Shown here in pieces: positions 33,163 through 46,000 of a stretch of 64,000 nt of DNA. The stretch covers positions 2,542,001-2,606,000 of the forward strand of contig OX337236.1 of assembly GCA_946965045.2 (NCBI GenBank). Reading direction: 5' to 3'. The position numbers and the translations under genes are program-made. Each line of letters starts with the position of its first letter. Within the stretch, counting starts at the first letter, position 1. Below the pieces are notes generated by a model, which saw nothing but the letters and a program-made list of their open reading frames with translations, was not told the origin of the DNA and made no database searches. The DNA is from Epithemia pelagica (Eukaryota; Protista; Bacillariophyta).

Positions 33163-33831
33163 ATGAGCGAAGAGTCAGTAAGTCCAAGAGTAAAGAATAT
33201 ACTAACTCAACTGGCCGAACTCGCTATTGCCGAACAAGACAGTTTACGTGCGGTTGAAGTTCGTTACCAAGAGAATCACCGTCGTAAGGAACGTCAGCAC
33301 CGCGAAGCGGTCGCTGCTCTGGAACAGCAGTGGGAGATTACCAGGGATAACGATTACGACGAGTGCGAGATCCGGAAGCAGATCATCTTCGAAGATACGC
33401 AGGCAAAACGAGAACGTTTACTGGCTGAAGCGAAGCAAGCCGAAGAAACACAGCTTCCAAGCACTTGTGTGGCCACCTATCCTGAACCCAGTGAGGCAGC
33501 GAATCCTGAAGAACCGGACCCGAGAGCTGCTGCACCAGTCGAGACGCCACAGAGTGAGATTCCTGTTGCCCTTGTGGACGTAATTAGAGAAACCGCAGAC
33601 GGTCAAATCGAGACTGAAACCAACTACCCAAGGATCCCTTCGCAACGGGGAGTATCCCCAAAGTGGATTCTGAAAGGAACACGCGTGTGGATCCTCAATC
33701 AGTTAAAGCTCAAGGACGCTATCCCCCGGACCCATTTACAAGGCACTGTCTCTCGTCACGGGTCATTTTACCACTTCGTGAAGATCTGGAACCCAGTGAC
33801 AAAGCGCCACGAGGCATCGAAGGCACCGTGA
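33163..33831 (+). CDS. Copia B extra upstream ORF (ORF0, 222 aa), function unknown
   Basis: ATG-initiated intact ORF between the 5' LTR and gag; coiled-coil N-terminus and basic beta-rich C-terminus. Confidence 0.6.
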   Translation: MSEESVSPRVKNILTQLAELAIAEQDSLRAVEVRYQENHRRKERQHREAVAALEQQWEITRDNDYDECEIRKQIIFEDTQAKRERLLAEAKQAEETQLPSTCVATYPEPSEAANPEEPDPRAAAPVETPQSEIPVALVDVIRETADGQIETETNYPRIPSQRGVSPKWILKGTRVWILNQLKLKDAIPRTHLQGTVSRHGSFYHFVKIWNPVTKRHEASKAP

Positions 33832-33852
33832 GAGCTTAGCCATCATTGAATA

Positions 33853-34707
33853 ATGTCTTCGTCGCAAGCAGGATCTCAAGCGCGGCCCGACACCGTTGGA
33901 TCCAATTCCCACAACAGTAGTCAAGGTAGTCAGGGAGGACGTGGCCGTGGGAGAGGTGGACGAGGAGGACCTTCACAACACAGCCAAAACACCGGCCAAC
34001 AATCAAACAAGTTCCACGGGCAAGAGCCCAGCCTCAAGGAGTGTACGTTTGATTACACAGAAGATCCGCAATCGCGGCGATATTTGAGGAACGTGGAACT
34101 CCTCATTGGTTATGTCGGCAACACCTTCACCCAACATAATCGACAGTACCAACAAGCCCTTGAGGACCTGGAGTTGAAGGACCCAGACAAGCCAAAAACC
34201 CCTAAGGATACCAAGGACATCATTCAAGTCGAAGAATGGAAAATGGCGTCCAAGGCAAGAGAAGAACAGGTGATGGCCTACGAGAACTTCAGGGCAGCTT
34301 TATACAGCGTCATATGGGGCCAGTGTGCGCCCCTGATGAAGGACAAATTACAGGCCAAGGAATCCTACAACACCATCAAGAGCAGCCGAGACGGCATTGC
34401 CTTACTTAGTCTGATCAAGGAGACTACATTCACGTTTGATTCGGGTAGAATCAACAAGCTGGTTGGACGCGATAAGCTGAAAGAGGACTTCTACTCCTTA
34501 AAGCGTCGCAACAATCAAAGTATGCATAGCTACTACGAAGTCTTCCGAGCAAAAGTCAAAGTGCTACAAGAGGCCGGTGTGAAACTCTATGACACGGACC
34601 TGGTCAAGTACATTGCCAAAGGGCACAAACGCGAAGACGCACCTACAGCCGAAGACATCGAGGAAGCACAAGAACGCTGCATTGCAATTCGCTTCATTCG
34701 TTCCTGT
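33853..34707 (+). pseudogene. gag: Copia B Gag, N-terminal part (cut by element C)
   Basis: YENFRAALYSVIWGQC aligns with Copia A Gag; removing C restores ...IRFIRSC|GNKEYEAHL in frame. Confidence 0.9.
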
Positions 34708-35459
34708 TGATAAACTTCTCTCGATTCAACAGGGTTTAGACAGATAGTTAGGATAGGTAAAAGGCTCGCTGAGCCGACAATCGAATCACCAACCGATACA
34801 ACAATCCTCCACGGGTCAGAGAAGAGTTGCAAGTCGAAGTCCGCCGTGGGTGGGGGCAGTCGGTCCACTGATAAGAGGTAAGTCTTAAGATGAGTGTTAA
34901 AATGGTGATATTAATGATTGTGAGACGATTACTAACTAAGGTGGTTGACGGTGCCGAAGTCCTGGCTCTTGCATACGGCCATGGATCTGGTGTGATAGGT
35001 CCTCACTGGTTGGAGTAGACCGGCATTGGTGTATATTGAATGTATAGGGTGATGGATAACATGTATGGGATGCAACAGCTCTTGCTTTGTCGTGGTATAA
35101 GTCTTGTCCTGGGCGCGTTGCTGTTTGCATTCTTGGATTTGTGGGAACAGAGATATGGTCTCGCGTGATCGTGATTCGTGCTTTGATTACATAGACCGTT
35201 AGGTCGAATCGTGGATGCGCGTACTCGGATAGTAGAGGCGCGCACTTGATAGTTTTGGGCGCGCACGTGTTGGGCCATAGTTAATATCCGAGCGGTCGCC
35301 GATAACGCGTGCACTGCGAGCATGCCGTGGCCAAATTTATAGTTTCGCGAGCATGCCGACATTCTTTTCTCACTTTTAGGAAAATGTCATCGGATGCCAT
35401 AAAATACTAGCATCATTCGATGAGTTGTAGGTTTCGCCACCTAGTTTTCGGTGAGAATC

Positions 35460-38400
35460 CTAACACTCCCCACAATTCGTCGAATGAGGATTGTCAATTC
35501 CCTCATCACTTTCCTGGATTTTTCCTCTCCAGAATAACAAAGATCTGAGCATGGGCCAAACTGCGGCGAATTCCCAATGTTTACTGAGGATATCAGCTGG
35601 GTTTGTCTTTCCATCTTTCCAGTAGAATGCGACGTACTTTGCAGCGATAGCTTCACGGACTCGGTGATAGGATAGGAGATGGTGCCTCTTGGAGATGATT
35701 GAGTGTGGTGTGGTGCTATTGATAACGACAGAGCGGTTATCTCCAAACATGTAACTCTTCTCTCGCAGAGGGACTCCCAAGTATCGGAGTGTAAGGCGTA
35801 GCTCCGTGATCTGATCAACTGCAGTCCTTGCGGCAACAAATTCAGATCCATACGTGGCTGTTTCCACTGTGGCTTGTCGCTTACTGTACCAGTCCACGGG
35901 TGTACCATTTACAAAATGCAGGATGGCTGTAACTGCTTTCCCAGTAACAATATCATGCATGAGATTTGCGTCGACATAATGTATAGTTGTCACAAAACGC
36001 CCAAGTGGGGTTGGACAGTCCTCAGGGATACGTTCCTTGGCGTCCATGTATACAGTACGACTCCAATCGTATTCTTGGATAGGTAAAGCTGATAAATCTG
36101 GCTCCCCAGTGCGGAATCTGATAGACCCATCAGGAAATGACATGAGGTATCCATAGATGCGCTTAGCTCGCTTCAAATGACCAATCCTTGGAGCAGCTCT
36201 GAACCTTGATAGAGTCATGGTAGCAGGAAAGACATCAAAACGGCCAATGGTAATTAGCCATTGCAGTTGTCCAATAAGAGTCTGGAAATGCTGGGTCCCT
36301 TCTTCATCTAAGAGCTCAGAGTCATCGAGTTCAGGATGATCGTTAGCAATGACTGGCGGCTTTGCTTTCTTGGGTTTCTCATTGAACAATCGTTCATAGG
36401 TATCCATCATCTTCTCGATGTACCTTCGTGGGTCAGACACAAGTGTACCGTCTGGATCTTTGGTATAACGACACCCCAAATGATACTCGATAGGTCCGAC
36501 TCCTTTGAGTTTGAAGTTGTATTTTTCTGTAAAGATCTTGCAGACAGCTTCAGGGTCCATGGCAACGATAGCTAAGTCATCAACATATACAGCGATATAT
36601 TCATAACAGTCTTCTCCAGGAGCTTTCTTCATCCAAATATCAGGGTCAGCCTTGCTTGGAGAAAATCCCATATCAATGAGAACATCAAACAGTTTGTCAT
36701 GCCAGCGAGCACCTGAGGATTTGAGACCATATAATGCCTTGTAGATGATCAAGATATGTCCTTCTAACTCCTTGAACTCTGGTCCTGCAATGATGAAAAT
36801 CTTCTCTCCTGTCAATGCTTCTAGGTATGCGTTCCCAATATCTGCTCCCCATATTTCCATGTCGTTCATGGTTCCAAGAAATATGGCAATGCAAAGGTTG
36901 CGAATGGAGACAACCCCTGAATAGATGGTCTCAACGGGTTCCTTGGTGAGATGTCCATCTGCGACAAGTCGTGCCTTGTGCCTTCCGTCATGCTTGACAT
37001 CAAAGACCAGATGTACTCTTATCTTATGATATCCTTCTGGTACATTGGCCAATTTCCCATTAATGAACTTGGCTTTTCAATGGTTCTTGAAAGTGTTATA
37101 CGATTGGAACTGTGAGAGTTCCAATTCTGTTGCGTCTTGCCATTTCGTGTTCCCAAACTGCTTGTCTAGTTCCACTGCTTCTTCATAGGTGCGAGGTACT
37201 TGGAAACCAAACTTGTACTTGATAGAGCGACGAACTTGTTTGATCCTGGATTGTTTAGCTGCTCGAATGAGTCTTTTGCTTGTCTTGACGTATCGCTTGA
37301 GATGTTTCCATCCAGGTAGATCCAGCAAACCATTTTTCTTGGCATAGATGGCGACTGTGATGGGGTCATCATTTGCAATAAGAGATAGAGGTTCGTATGT
37401 CGTCTCCCCAGTCTCCCAATCAACAAGGACATTATATTTACTCCCTTTATAGTCTGGGTCGCTTGAGTTCAAAGGTCCTTGGTGTGCAATAACGTCTCTG
37501 AATCGGAAGAGACTATCCCCTGTCGTTTGGGCTTGATTATCCCTTTCAATGTATTCCATGAGCTGGTTGTAGGAGATCATCTCATCAACATTGGAGTTAG
37601 ACTTGCGAAAGATGTATTTGAGTCGATCTTCTTGTTTGGTTGCATCTTGTTCCAGGTCGACAACTCGTTTGATTACTCGTGCTCGGTGGCGCTCCCCATT
37701 CTCTTCAGTGTCACAAAGGAATGTGCGTCCAACTAAATCGTCATAGTCAATTGTTGGCATAGGTGTGGATGGGTCTTCACTTCTGCTGCGAATAAAGACA
37801 GTGTCACCTTGCTTGTCAGTGGGTTTATGCGGCGACTCCTCCCCTGAAGAGATATCCACACGAAGGTTGGGGGTAGTGGAGGCAACGCGACGGACAGCGG
37901 AACGGTAGATGATGACGTTGTCGGCAGTGAGGATCTTCCAAGTAAAGGCATCACCAACATTGTGGGCAAAACCAACCCAGTGGCCAAGCTTCTCGTCGGG
38001 AGACGAAGGGTAAGAACCGGAGGTAGGTTCAGAAGGGTCGACACGATAGTAGACCTCATCCCAGAAAGGAAAGAAAAGGAGATGGGTAATGTCGGGTGGG
38101 GTACCGTTAAGAGCCTCAAGAGGGGTGCGGCCAGAGTGGGTGGGAGAGGAAGTGTGATTGAGGAGGTCACACACATATTCTAAACAAAGTAACCATGCAG
38201 AAGCAGGGCAACCAGAGGCATTCATGATAGCGTTGGTCATACGCTTAACGGTCTGGTAGCGGTTCTCAGCTTTGTTCTGGTGTTGATGATAGGGCTCGGA
38301 ACGGTATTCACCAATCAGAAGGGTGCGAAGAATATCCTTGACCTTGTGGGAAATAAGTGACGAACCACCATCACTGATCAAAGTCTCCATGACACCACGT

Positions 38401-41141
38401 GTACGAATGTTATCCTGGAGGGTATTGACGAATTGCTTGGTAGACTTGATACCATAAATGTCAGTAACCAAAGTATCACGACCAACAAAAATCTGAGCAA
38501 TCTTGCCACCATGGTTAACAGCCGGGGTGTCGGAGAAGATGGAGTCAGTGGCAACGGGTTCATGCCGTCGTGGTAAGTTAAGGATAGGATTCCGGGCCTT
38601 AAAATGTTTCTTCAAGGTATCCTGGTCAAAGGAAATGTGTCCATGACGAGTTGTATGCTTGAACGTATCTGCGATTACATCTTCCGATTGCCACCCAAAG
38701 AAAGGGCGAAATTTCTTCCAGTCGTATTGTTCCTTGTAGAGCTTGTGGACAGACGCATGAAGTGTGGGGTCGTTGCCATCTTGATCAGCATAGATGGAAA
38801 AGAAGGAAGGTGTATCGGGGCCATGATCATATGGGAGATCAAGGAGGAGATTCAAAGTGCATACAATGCGATCGGTATACTCCCCATATTGGTCATAGGG
38901 GTACGTTTCCATACTACCATCAGTCTCCACAGATGTCCAGTTCGGTGCAGGGTCTTGATGGGGGTCTGGATGGGTATGGTCAAGTACAGAAGGATCCCAG
39001 ATATGGGGTGAAGTGAACACAATATGCGGATATCTATCCATATCGTCATCAGAAGGGATTCCCAGAGATTGGATGTATGCAAGGCCATCCTTGATTCGTA
39101 AGGGCAATGCACGTCCATCAAGGGTAGTAATGCGTTGTTTGCCATCAACCTTGACGGATCGTTCGTCGACAGATAGGCCGAAATGTTCAAATTGCGCTGG
39201 GGCATGGATAGATAAACCCTTTCCATAGTGGGCATACTCATTGAAGATACCAATAATGGGTCCATCACTTGTATCAAACTTGGCAGCACAGGTAACAACT
39301 GGAAGGCCAGTCAATTCATGATTGTCAATACCTACGATGGTAATATGACGTCCGGTTTTGGCAAGGATGCGCATGTCAGATCCTGCAAGGCCTCCATTGG
39401 CACCTCGATCGATGAGTTGGTTACCAGAAAAGGTGGATTTGCGGGAGAATAGATACCGTGACATATGGACCTTTTGCTTGTGATCGGCAGAAGACTTGAA
39501 CTTGACTTTAGGACTTGACTTTGTCGTAGAAGTTGACAAGATGTTGCTGAGGTCAGATGCTGGATGATTGATATCTGTCGATGCAATAGCCTGGTGTACG
39601 AACTGGGTAACCGGATCAGAGGATGTATCGAATGGATCTTGTTCTGGTGCATCTTGATGGATATCACCAACGTTGTTGGCATCAGGATCAGGGTCCGGTT
39701 CAGGATCAATGTCAAGAGAATGTGTTTGGACCTTGCGTGGAGTTGTCGGGGAATCTTGGACGGATTTATTGAAGTCGACAATGATTTGCCGATCCTCTTC
39801 AGAGAGTTTAAACCATACATCTCTTGGAAGGCTGATTTTCGACGAAGTTGGGGACTTTTCAGATTGGATATTCGTGTTGTTGATCTGGTAGTCAGGGGGC
39901 TCCACTGGTTCAAAAGGTTCATCCAACTGAAATTCATGTTGCTTTACATGACGACGACGGTTAGACGCAGAAGTTCGGGTAGCTTGGTCATGGTCAAAAG
40001 CAGCATCAAGAAGCAGGCGGAAATATGATTGATAACAGAGAGACTTGGCTCCAGATTTTGTGTTGACAACGTTATCCAAGATCTTGACTCGTCTTAAATC
40101 AGGTACTTTTTCAACAGCTTGCATAAGGAAGGTCATCCTTGTATGGTCATGGATACGATCCGACAGTGGTACAAGGTTATCCAGAAGTCGTAGCTGTTCT
40201 TGGAAATGTAGGAGAAACTGACGAGTTGTACCACGCCAAGAGTCATCCAGTCGAAGATTCGAAATGTAGCTTGTTAGGCGTAACACTTCTCGCTTAGCTA
40301 GATCAGATTCAGTGTGTAGAACATGGAGTTTCTTCAAGACGGCTCTTGCATCTTCATCATGTTCATGTTCTCGAACGTATGCTCTTCCTTGGTCGGTTTG
40401 GATAATACGTACAAGTACAGAATAGACAAAGACTTGTTGTTCTCGGAAGAGTAACTCTGCGCATTCGTCATCCTTGGGTACCTTGTAATTGAAATCAAGA
40501 ACATTCGACAATCCTTGTGCTTTCGCAGTTGATTTGAATACACGCCAAAACGAATCAAAGTATCGTTCGTCTTTGAATGATTCAAATGCTGTTGCATCTC
40601 TTTTGGTTCCTTTCTTGAAAGCAGAGAGATCTAACATGGATTGAGATGTTGTAGAGGATGTAGTGGGAGATCGGGATGATACGGAGTGTGCAGGTGATTT
40701 CAGAGGAGAAACTAGGTCTTGGTTCATACCAGACTTGGTAAAGTCGGTGTTGATCCTCCAATCGTCATATTGGTCCCTCGTGAGGTTCATCCATGTAGCA
40801 CGGGGTAGTTTTCCATGTTGGAGTTGCCGTTGTTGTAGTAACCAATATGCCATTAGTTTGAGTTGTAATCTTGTACTTGTCTGTAGGTCGTTGACTTGCT
40901 TTCCAACCTTGTATTGCATGAGATCCTTGAGTGTCTCCTCAGGATCAGTTGCAACATGGTCGAGGACATGAAGGATATGTTCAAAACCATGATGTCGCAT
41001 CCACTTTTGAAGTGATTGGGCTCGTTCATCATTACAACCAAAGATGCCTTTAGTTATATGGTCGAAGAGATCTTGGTCGGTTATATGACTTGACTTGTCC
41101 TCAGGAGGAGTAAACGGTGTCTTGGGAGGTGTCGCTTCCAT
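35460..41141 (-). pseudogene. gag-pol: Copia C Gag-Pol, single frame with one internal TGA (37077-37079)
   Basis: PR IDRGANG; IN ATDSIF, ISDGG and QNKAENRY; chromodomain-like tail; RT KARLVADG and VYVDD; RH DANL, TYGSE and GDN. The 1354-aa and 530-aa ORFs are in frame (24 nt apart). Confidence 0.93.
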
Positions 41142-41475
41142 GATGTTATTTGGTTGGTTCGATGTTTATTTAATGTGCGGTGTGATGTGGTTTATTTAAT
41201 GTGTGATGTGATGTGAACCCGGATGTACCACGTGTGCCACGTATGTACCACGTATATGATACCCGGATGTGTGTTGTGATGTGCGACTCCTGGAAATTTC
41301 CGTTGATTCCGACAAAATTTCGCCGAGTTTCAACAAATTTTCGCCGAATTTTCGCGATTTGACGGGAATGTGTGGCGTGTTGTGCGACCAAGGGTACCCG
41401 GATGTGCGTTGAGTTTAAGTCTTGGACGGAACTCGGTCTTGTGTCTGGTTTGGTGTAGAAACTACGTAAAGTTAC

Positions 41476-42231
41476 TTATTCTTGGTCACTTTCGGCTCGG
41501 TACTGAAGACGAGATGCGGAATCGGTCACTGTAGTGGCTAGTTCTTCAACGTCGTCGTCTTCCAACAAGTGGTTCACGTGTTGAGTGAAGAGAGGGTAGA
41601 TAGTCGCACGAAAATCCTGGCAGAGATGGATCTCGTGAACAAAGGAGACGTACTCGTCGAGACGAGTAGTCGGAGTAGGTAGCGGATTCGTCGTCGAGTT
41701 GACGATCCAGATGGTGTGGAAGTAGTTGGTTGGACGTTCAAAGGAGATGAATCGAATACGGATGGGTTCCACAGGGTTGCCCAACAGGGCTTGGACAATG
41801 AAACGGCGTCTCGAGCACTGGTTCAAGAGGTCGAGAAGTCGTTGGATGTCCTCAAGGTCAGTCACGGGTTGGACGGACTGGAAATCGATCTCGCGTTCGG
41901 TTGTGGAACGGATCACGTCGGGGTCGGTAGTCGACTCAGTCGGCTCGCGGAAGTGTCGGATATGCGCAGTAAGAAGACGGCTCGTACGTCGGGTGCGAGT
42001 AGGGTTCAAACGGCGAGGCGGAGTCGAAGGTTGAGTCGGGATCGAAGGAGGCTGGACCACTTGGTCCGGGGTCTGGAAGGGATTCGGAGCACTGGCCTGA
42101 GTCGGGGTCGGTTTCGGAGTTTCAATCAAGGGCTCGCCCGGATGGGCCACGGGTGGATGGAGTTCCTCCCCGCTTTGTTGGAAGGAATGAAAGATGTGTC
42201 GAATAGAGAGGTTGGAATCGTCGTGTGACAT
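41476..42231 (-). CDS. Copia C extra upstream ORF (ORF0, ~251 aa), Pro/Thr-rich, function unknown
   Basis: Intact ORF between the PBS and gag, first ATG at 42231. Confidence 0.55.
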   Translation of the reverse strand: MSHDDSNLSIRHIFHSFQQSGEELHPPVAHPGEPLIETPKPTPTQASAPNPFQTPDQVVQPPSIPTQPSTPPRRLNPTRTRRTSRLLTAHIRHFREPTESTTDPDVIRSTTEREIDFQSVQPVTDLEDIQRLLDLLNQCSRRRFIVQALLGNPVEPIRIRFISFERPTNYFHTIWIVNSTTNPLPTPTTRLDEYVSFVHEIHLCQDFRATIYPLFTQHVNHLLEDDDVEELATTVTDSASRLQYRAESDQE

Positions 42232-43032
42232 CGAAAGCTTCTCGGAAATAAACGATGAGACTGTTAATCTGATAAACTTCTCTCGATTCAACAGGGGTTA
42301 GACAGATAGTTAGGATAGGTAAAAGGCTCGCTGAGCCGACAATCGAATCACCAACCGATACAACAATCCTCCACGGGTCAGAGAAGAGTTGCAAGTCGAA
42401 GTCCGCCGTGGGTGGGGGCAGTCGGTCCACTGATAAGAGGTAAGTCTTAAGATGAGTGTTAAAATGGTGATATTAATGATTGTGAGACGATTACTAACTA
42501 AGGTGGTTGACGGTGCCGAAGTCCTGGCTCTTGCATACGGCCATGGATCTGGTGTGATAGGTCCTCACTGGTTGGAGTAGACCGGCATTGGTGTATATTG
42601 AATGTATAGGGTGATGGATAACATGTATGGGATGCAACAGCTCTTGCTTTGTCGTGGTATAAGTCTTGTCCTGGGCGCGTTGCTGTTTGCATTCTTGGAT
42701 TTGTGGGAACAGAGATATGGTCTCGCGTGATCGTGATTCGTGCTTTGATTACATAGACCGTTAGGTCGAATCGTGGATGCGCGTACTCGGATAGTAGAGG
42801 CGCGCACTTGATAGTTTTGGGCGCGCACGTGTTGGGCCATAGTTAATATCCGAGCGGTCGCCGATAACGCGTGCACTGCGAGCATGCCGTGGCCAAATTT
42901 ATAGTTTCGCGAGCATGCCGACATTCTTTTCTCACTTTTAGGAAAATGTCATCGGATGCCATAAAATACTAGCATCATTCGATGAGTTGTAGGTTTTGCC
43001 ACCTAGTTTTCGGTGAGAATCCTAACACCTGT

Positions 43033-46000
43033 GGGAACAAAGAGTACGAAGCTCATTTGCAGAACATGTTTTTGGATGGGCATGCAGCATATCCAGCGTC
43101 CTTAGCTGATGCTCGCGCCATAATCGACAATCGAATGACGAGCAAAAACAAGCAAGGTCCTACACCACAAGGACAACAACCTGATAATGCAACCGGAGTA
43201 GCATACGCCACTCATGAAGCTGCCACGACCGACAGTACCACGTCTACGATCACAAACAGTCAAGATGGGGTCAGCCAAAATAACGGTAACAGTAATGGAG
43301 GTGGGAACAATAAGCAGACAGATGATGCAGGATATGTTCATGAAACCTCACCCGAATGTGTTTTCTCTTCTCATTCCCAGGCTAGCACCATCCCAACGGA
43401 TTGGTTGTTGCTCGACAACCAGTCAACTGTAGACATCATTCACGACAAAGAACTCTTAAAAAACATCCACACCTCCGACAAGCCAATCACCATTCAGAGC
43501 CACGCTGGAACTCGTAAATTGAAGCAACAAGGACTACTCCCCGGATATGGGATAGTCTGGTTCGATGAGCAGTGTCCAGCGAACATCCTTTCCTTAAACA
43601 AAACCAAAACACGCTTCCAAGTCAAATTTAACAGTGACCATGGCAATAACTTTACATTACACGACCGGTCATCAGGTAGACTGAAACACAAATTCAACGC
43701 CAGTCCTGAAGGCCTCTACTACATGAAATCTGGGAGTCTCCAAGGTAGCTTCTTAACTACGGTTAGTGAAAACGAAGCCCGTTATTCCCAAGCAGAGATT
43801 GATCGTGCAAAAGCAGCTAGATCTTTGTTAGCAAAAATAGGACGGCCGTCGACGAGAGACTACATCAAGATTCTCAAAGGGAACATGTTGCCCAATGCAA
43901 CAGTCACTGTCAACGACGTGAAACGTGCCGAACTACTGTACGGTCCGGATCTTGGTACACTGAAAGGAAAGACAACAAGGCGAAAGGCTCCATACGTTGA
44001 CACAAGTGATGTTGTGCCGCCCTCTATTGCAGAAGAGCACAAGGAAGTTACCATCGCCATCGACGTACTGCACGTGAATAACATTGCGTTCTTGGCTACT
44101 ACCTCACGCAAGATACACTTTGGAACCATTGCTGCCTTGTTGAACACCGATGATATCAACATCCTCCAAGCATTAAAGAACACCATAGCCATCTACCGTT
44201 GTGGCGGCCTGCGACCAAGACTGGTCTTGGCAGATGGAGCATTCACAAGCGATCACATGAAAGCCAGTCTACAGATGCTTGGAGTCTTACTCAACCCAAC
44301 AGCACGAGACGAACACGTAGGCGATATCGAGCGATACATCCGAACAATCAAAGAGAGGATGAGGTGTGTGTATAACACGTTGCCCTTTGATCAGATTCCT
44401 AAGGCCATGTTGATTGAAATGGCTAAGTTCGCAGTGTTCTGGCTCAACAGTTTCCCTCACCCATTGGGAATCTCTCAAACTGAGAGTCCACGACGCCTTG
44501 TAACTGGAGAAAACATCAACTACAATAAACATTGTCGCTATGAGTTCGGACAGTACGTGCAGTGCCATGAGCAACATGACAACACTATGGCACCAAGAAC
44601 TGTGGGTGCCATAGCTCTACGTCCAACCGGGAACAGGCAAGGTAGCTACTATTTCTTGAGTCTCAACAGCGGTCGCATTATCACCAGAAACCATGCAACC
44701 CCTCTGCCCATGCCTCAAGAGGTCCTTACGAGAGTTGAGAATCTGGCAATGGCACAGCAGATGCAGCCTGGGTTGGTGTTCGGGAACCGAGATAACAGGA
44801 TCCTGTTCATGGATCCTGATAATCCGATATATGATGAAGCCGATGATGAATCATATATGGATGAGGACGATCCTGATGAAGACCTACGTTATGATGACGA
44901 CCTCATTGCAGAAGAACTGGAACAACCAAACCAACAGGCCCCAGAACAAGAGTTCGATCAAGAGCCAGATCCAGAACCAGAACCACCTGTCAACCAACCA
45001 GTACCGGACGACATTGAATGGTTGGTGAATCAACTGCCTGTCCCAGTTGATCAACGGGAGAACAACGAAGCCATGGAAATCCAAGGAGTGGACGACATGG
45101 AAATCCAAGGAGTGGAAGCAGGTGAGAACCTAGCCGATCCGATGCCCGAGGAACCAGGGATCATGGAAGAGGAGGAGGAAATTGTGGATGATGAGAATTC
45201 AGTAGGAGAGGAGCTAGCCGGAGGAGAGGAACAAGAGGATTTGGAGGATGAAGAGGCATCAGAGGACTTGGAGCACGAAGACATCGCCACCGATCAAGAT
45301 AACAACAATCAAAACCCACGCTACAATCTAAGACCAAACAGGGAGCGTAGCTACAAACACCGCTACGAACAATCCTTTGCATGCCTTGATACTTTACCAC
45401 GTGGCCGATATGACGGTTACCTGCTTGACGGGGTGTTATTTCTCATCAATTCTGAAGTAAACGTGGCTACCCCCCAAATGTCCATGAAAAAGGGGATTAA
45501 ACTATTTGGAGACAAAGGTGTTGCTGCCGTCAAGAAAGAAATACAACAACTACATGATTGAGGAGTACTACGGGCAGTACACAAGTCTGATCTCACCTGG
45601 GATCAAATCAAAGAAGCCCTTGGATATCTTATGTTTTTAAAACGCAAACGTTGTGGTAAAATCAAGGGCCGTGGTTGCGCAGATGGCCGAAAACAACGAT
45701 CATACATCAACAAGGAACAGTCAGCCTCGCCTACAGTGGCATCGGAATCTGTTTTCATCACAGCGATCATTGATGCGCTTGAGAGGCGAGTCGTTGTGGT
45801 GGCCGACATTCCGGGTGCCTTCATGCACTCGGACATGGATCCGGAAGTGTACATGAGATTGGACGGCCTTATGGCAGAACTACTATTAGAAGTTGATCGG
45901 GCAGCTTATGAACCCTACCTAACCTACGAGAAGGGACAGCCCGTAATTTATGTCGAAATGTTGAAGGCACTCTACGGCACCTTGCGAGCCGCTCGATTAT

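Larger units (their letters stand above)
34708..43027 (-). mobile_element. Ty1/copia LTR retrotransposon C (CoDi-I-like), nested, LTRs 758 bp
   Basis: LTRs 34708-35465 and 42270-43027 (2 differences seen), TG...CA ends; TSD CCTGT at 34703-34707 and 43028-43032; PPT GTGGGGGAG. Confidence 0.97.

Noticed and set aside
33163-33831. ORF0 as an env-like gene
   Set aside because: It lies upstream of gag and has no signal peptide or transmembrane segment.
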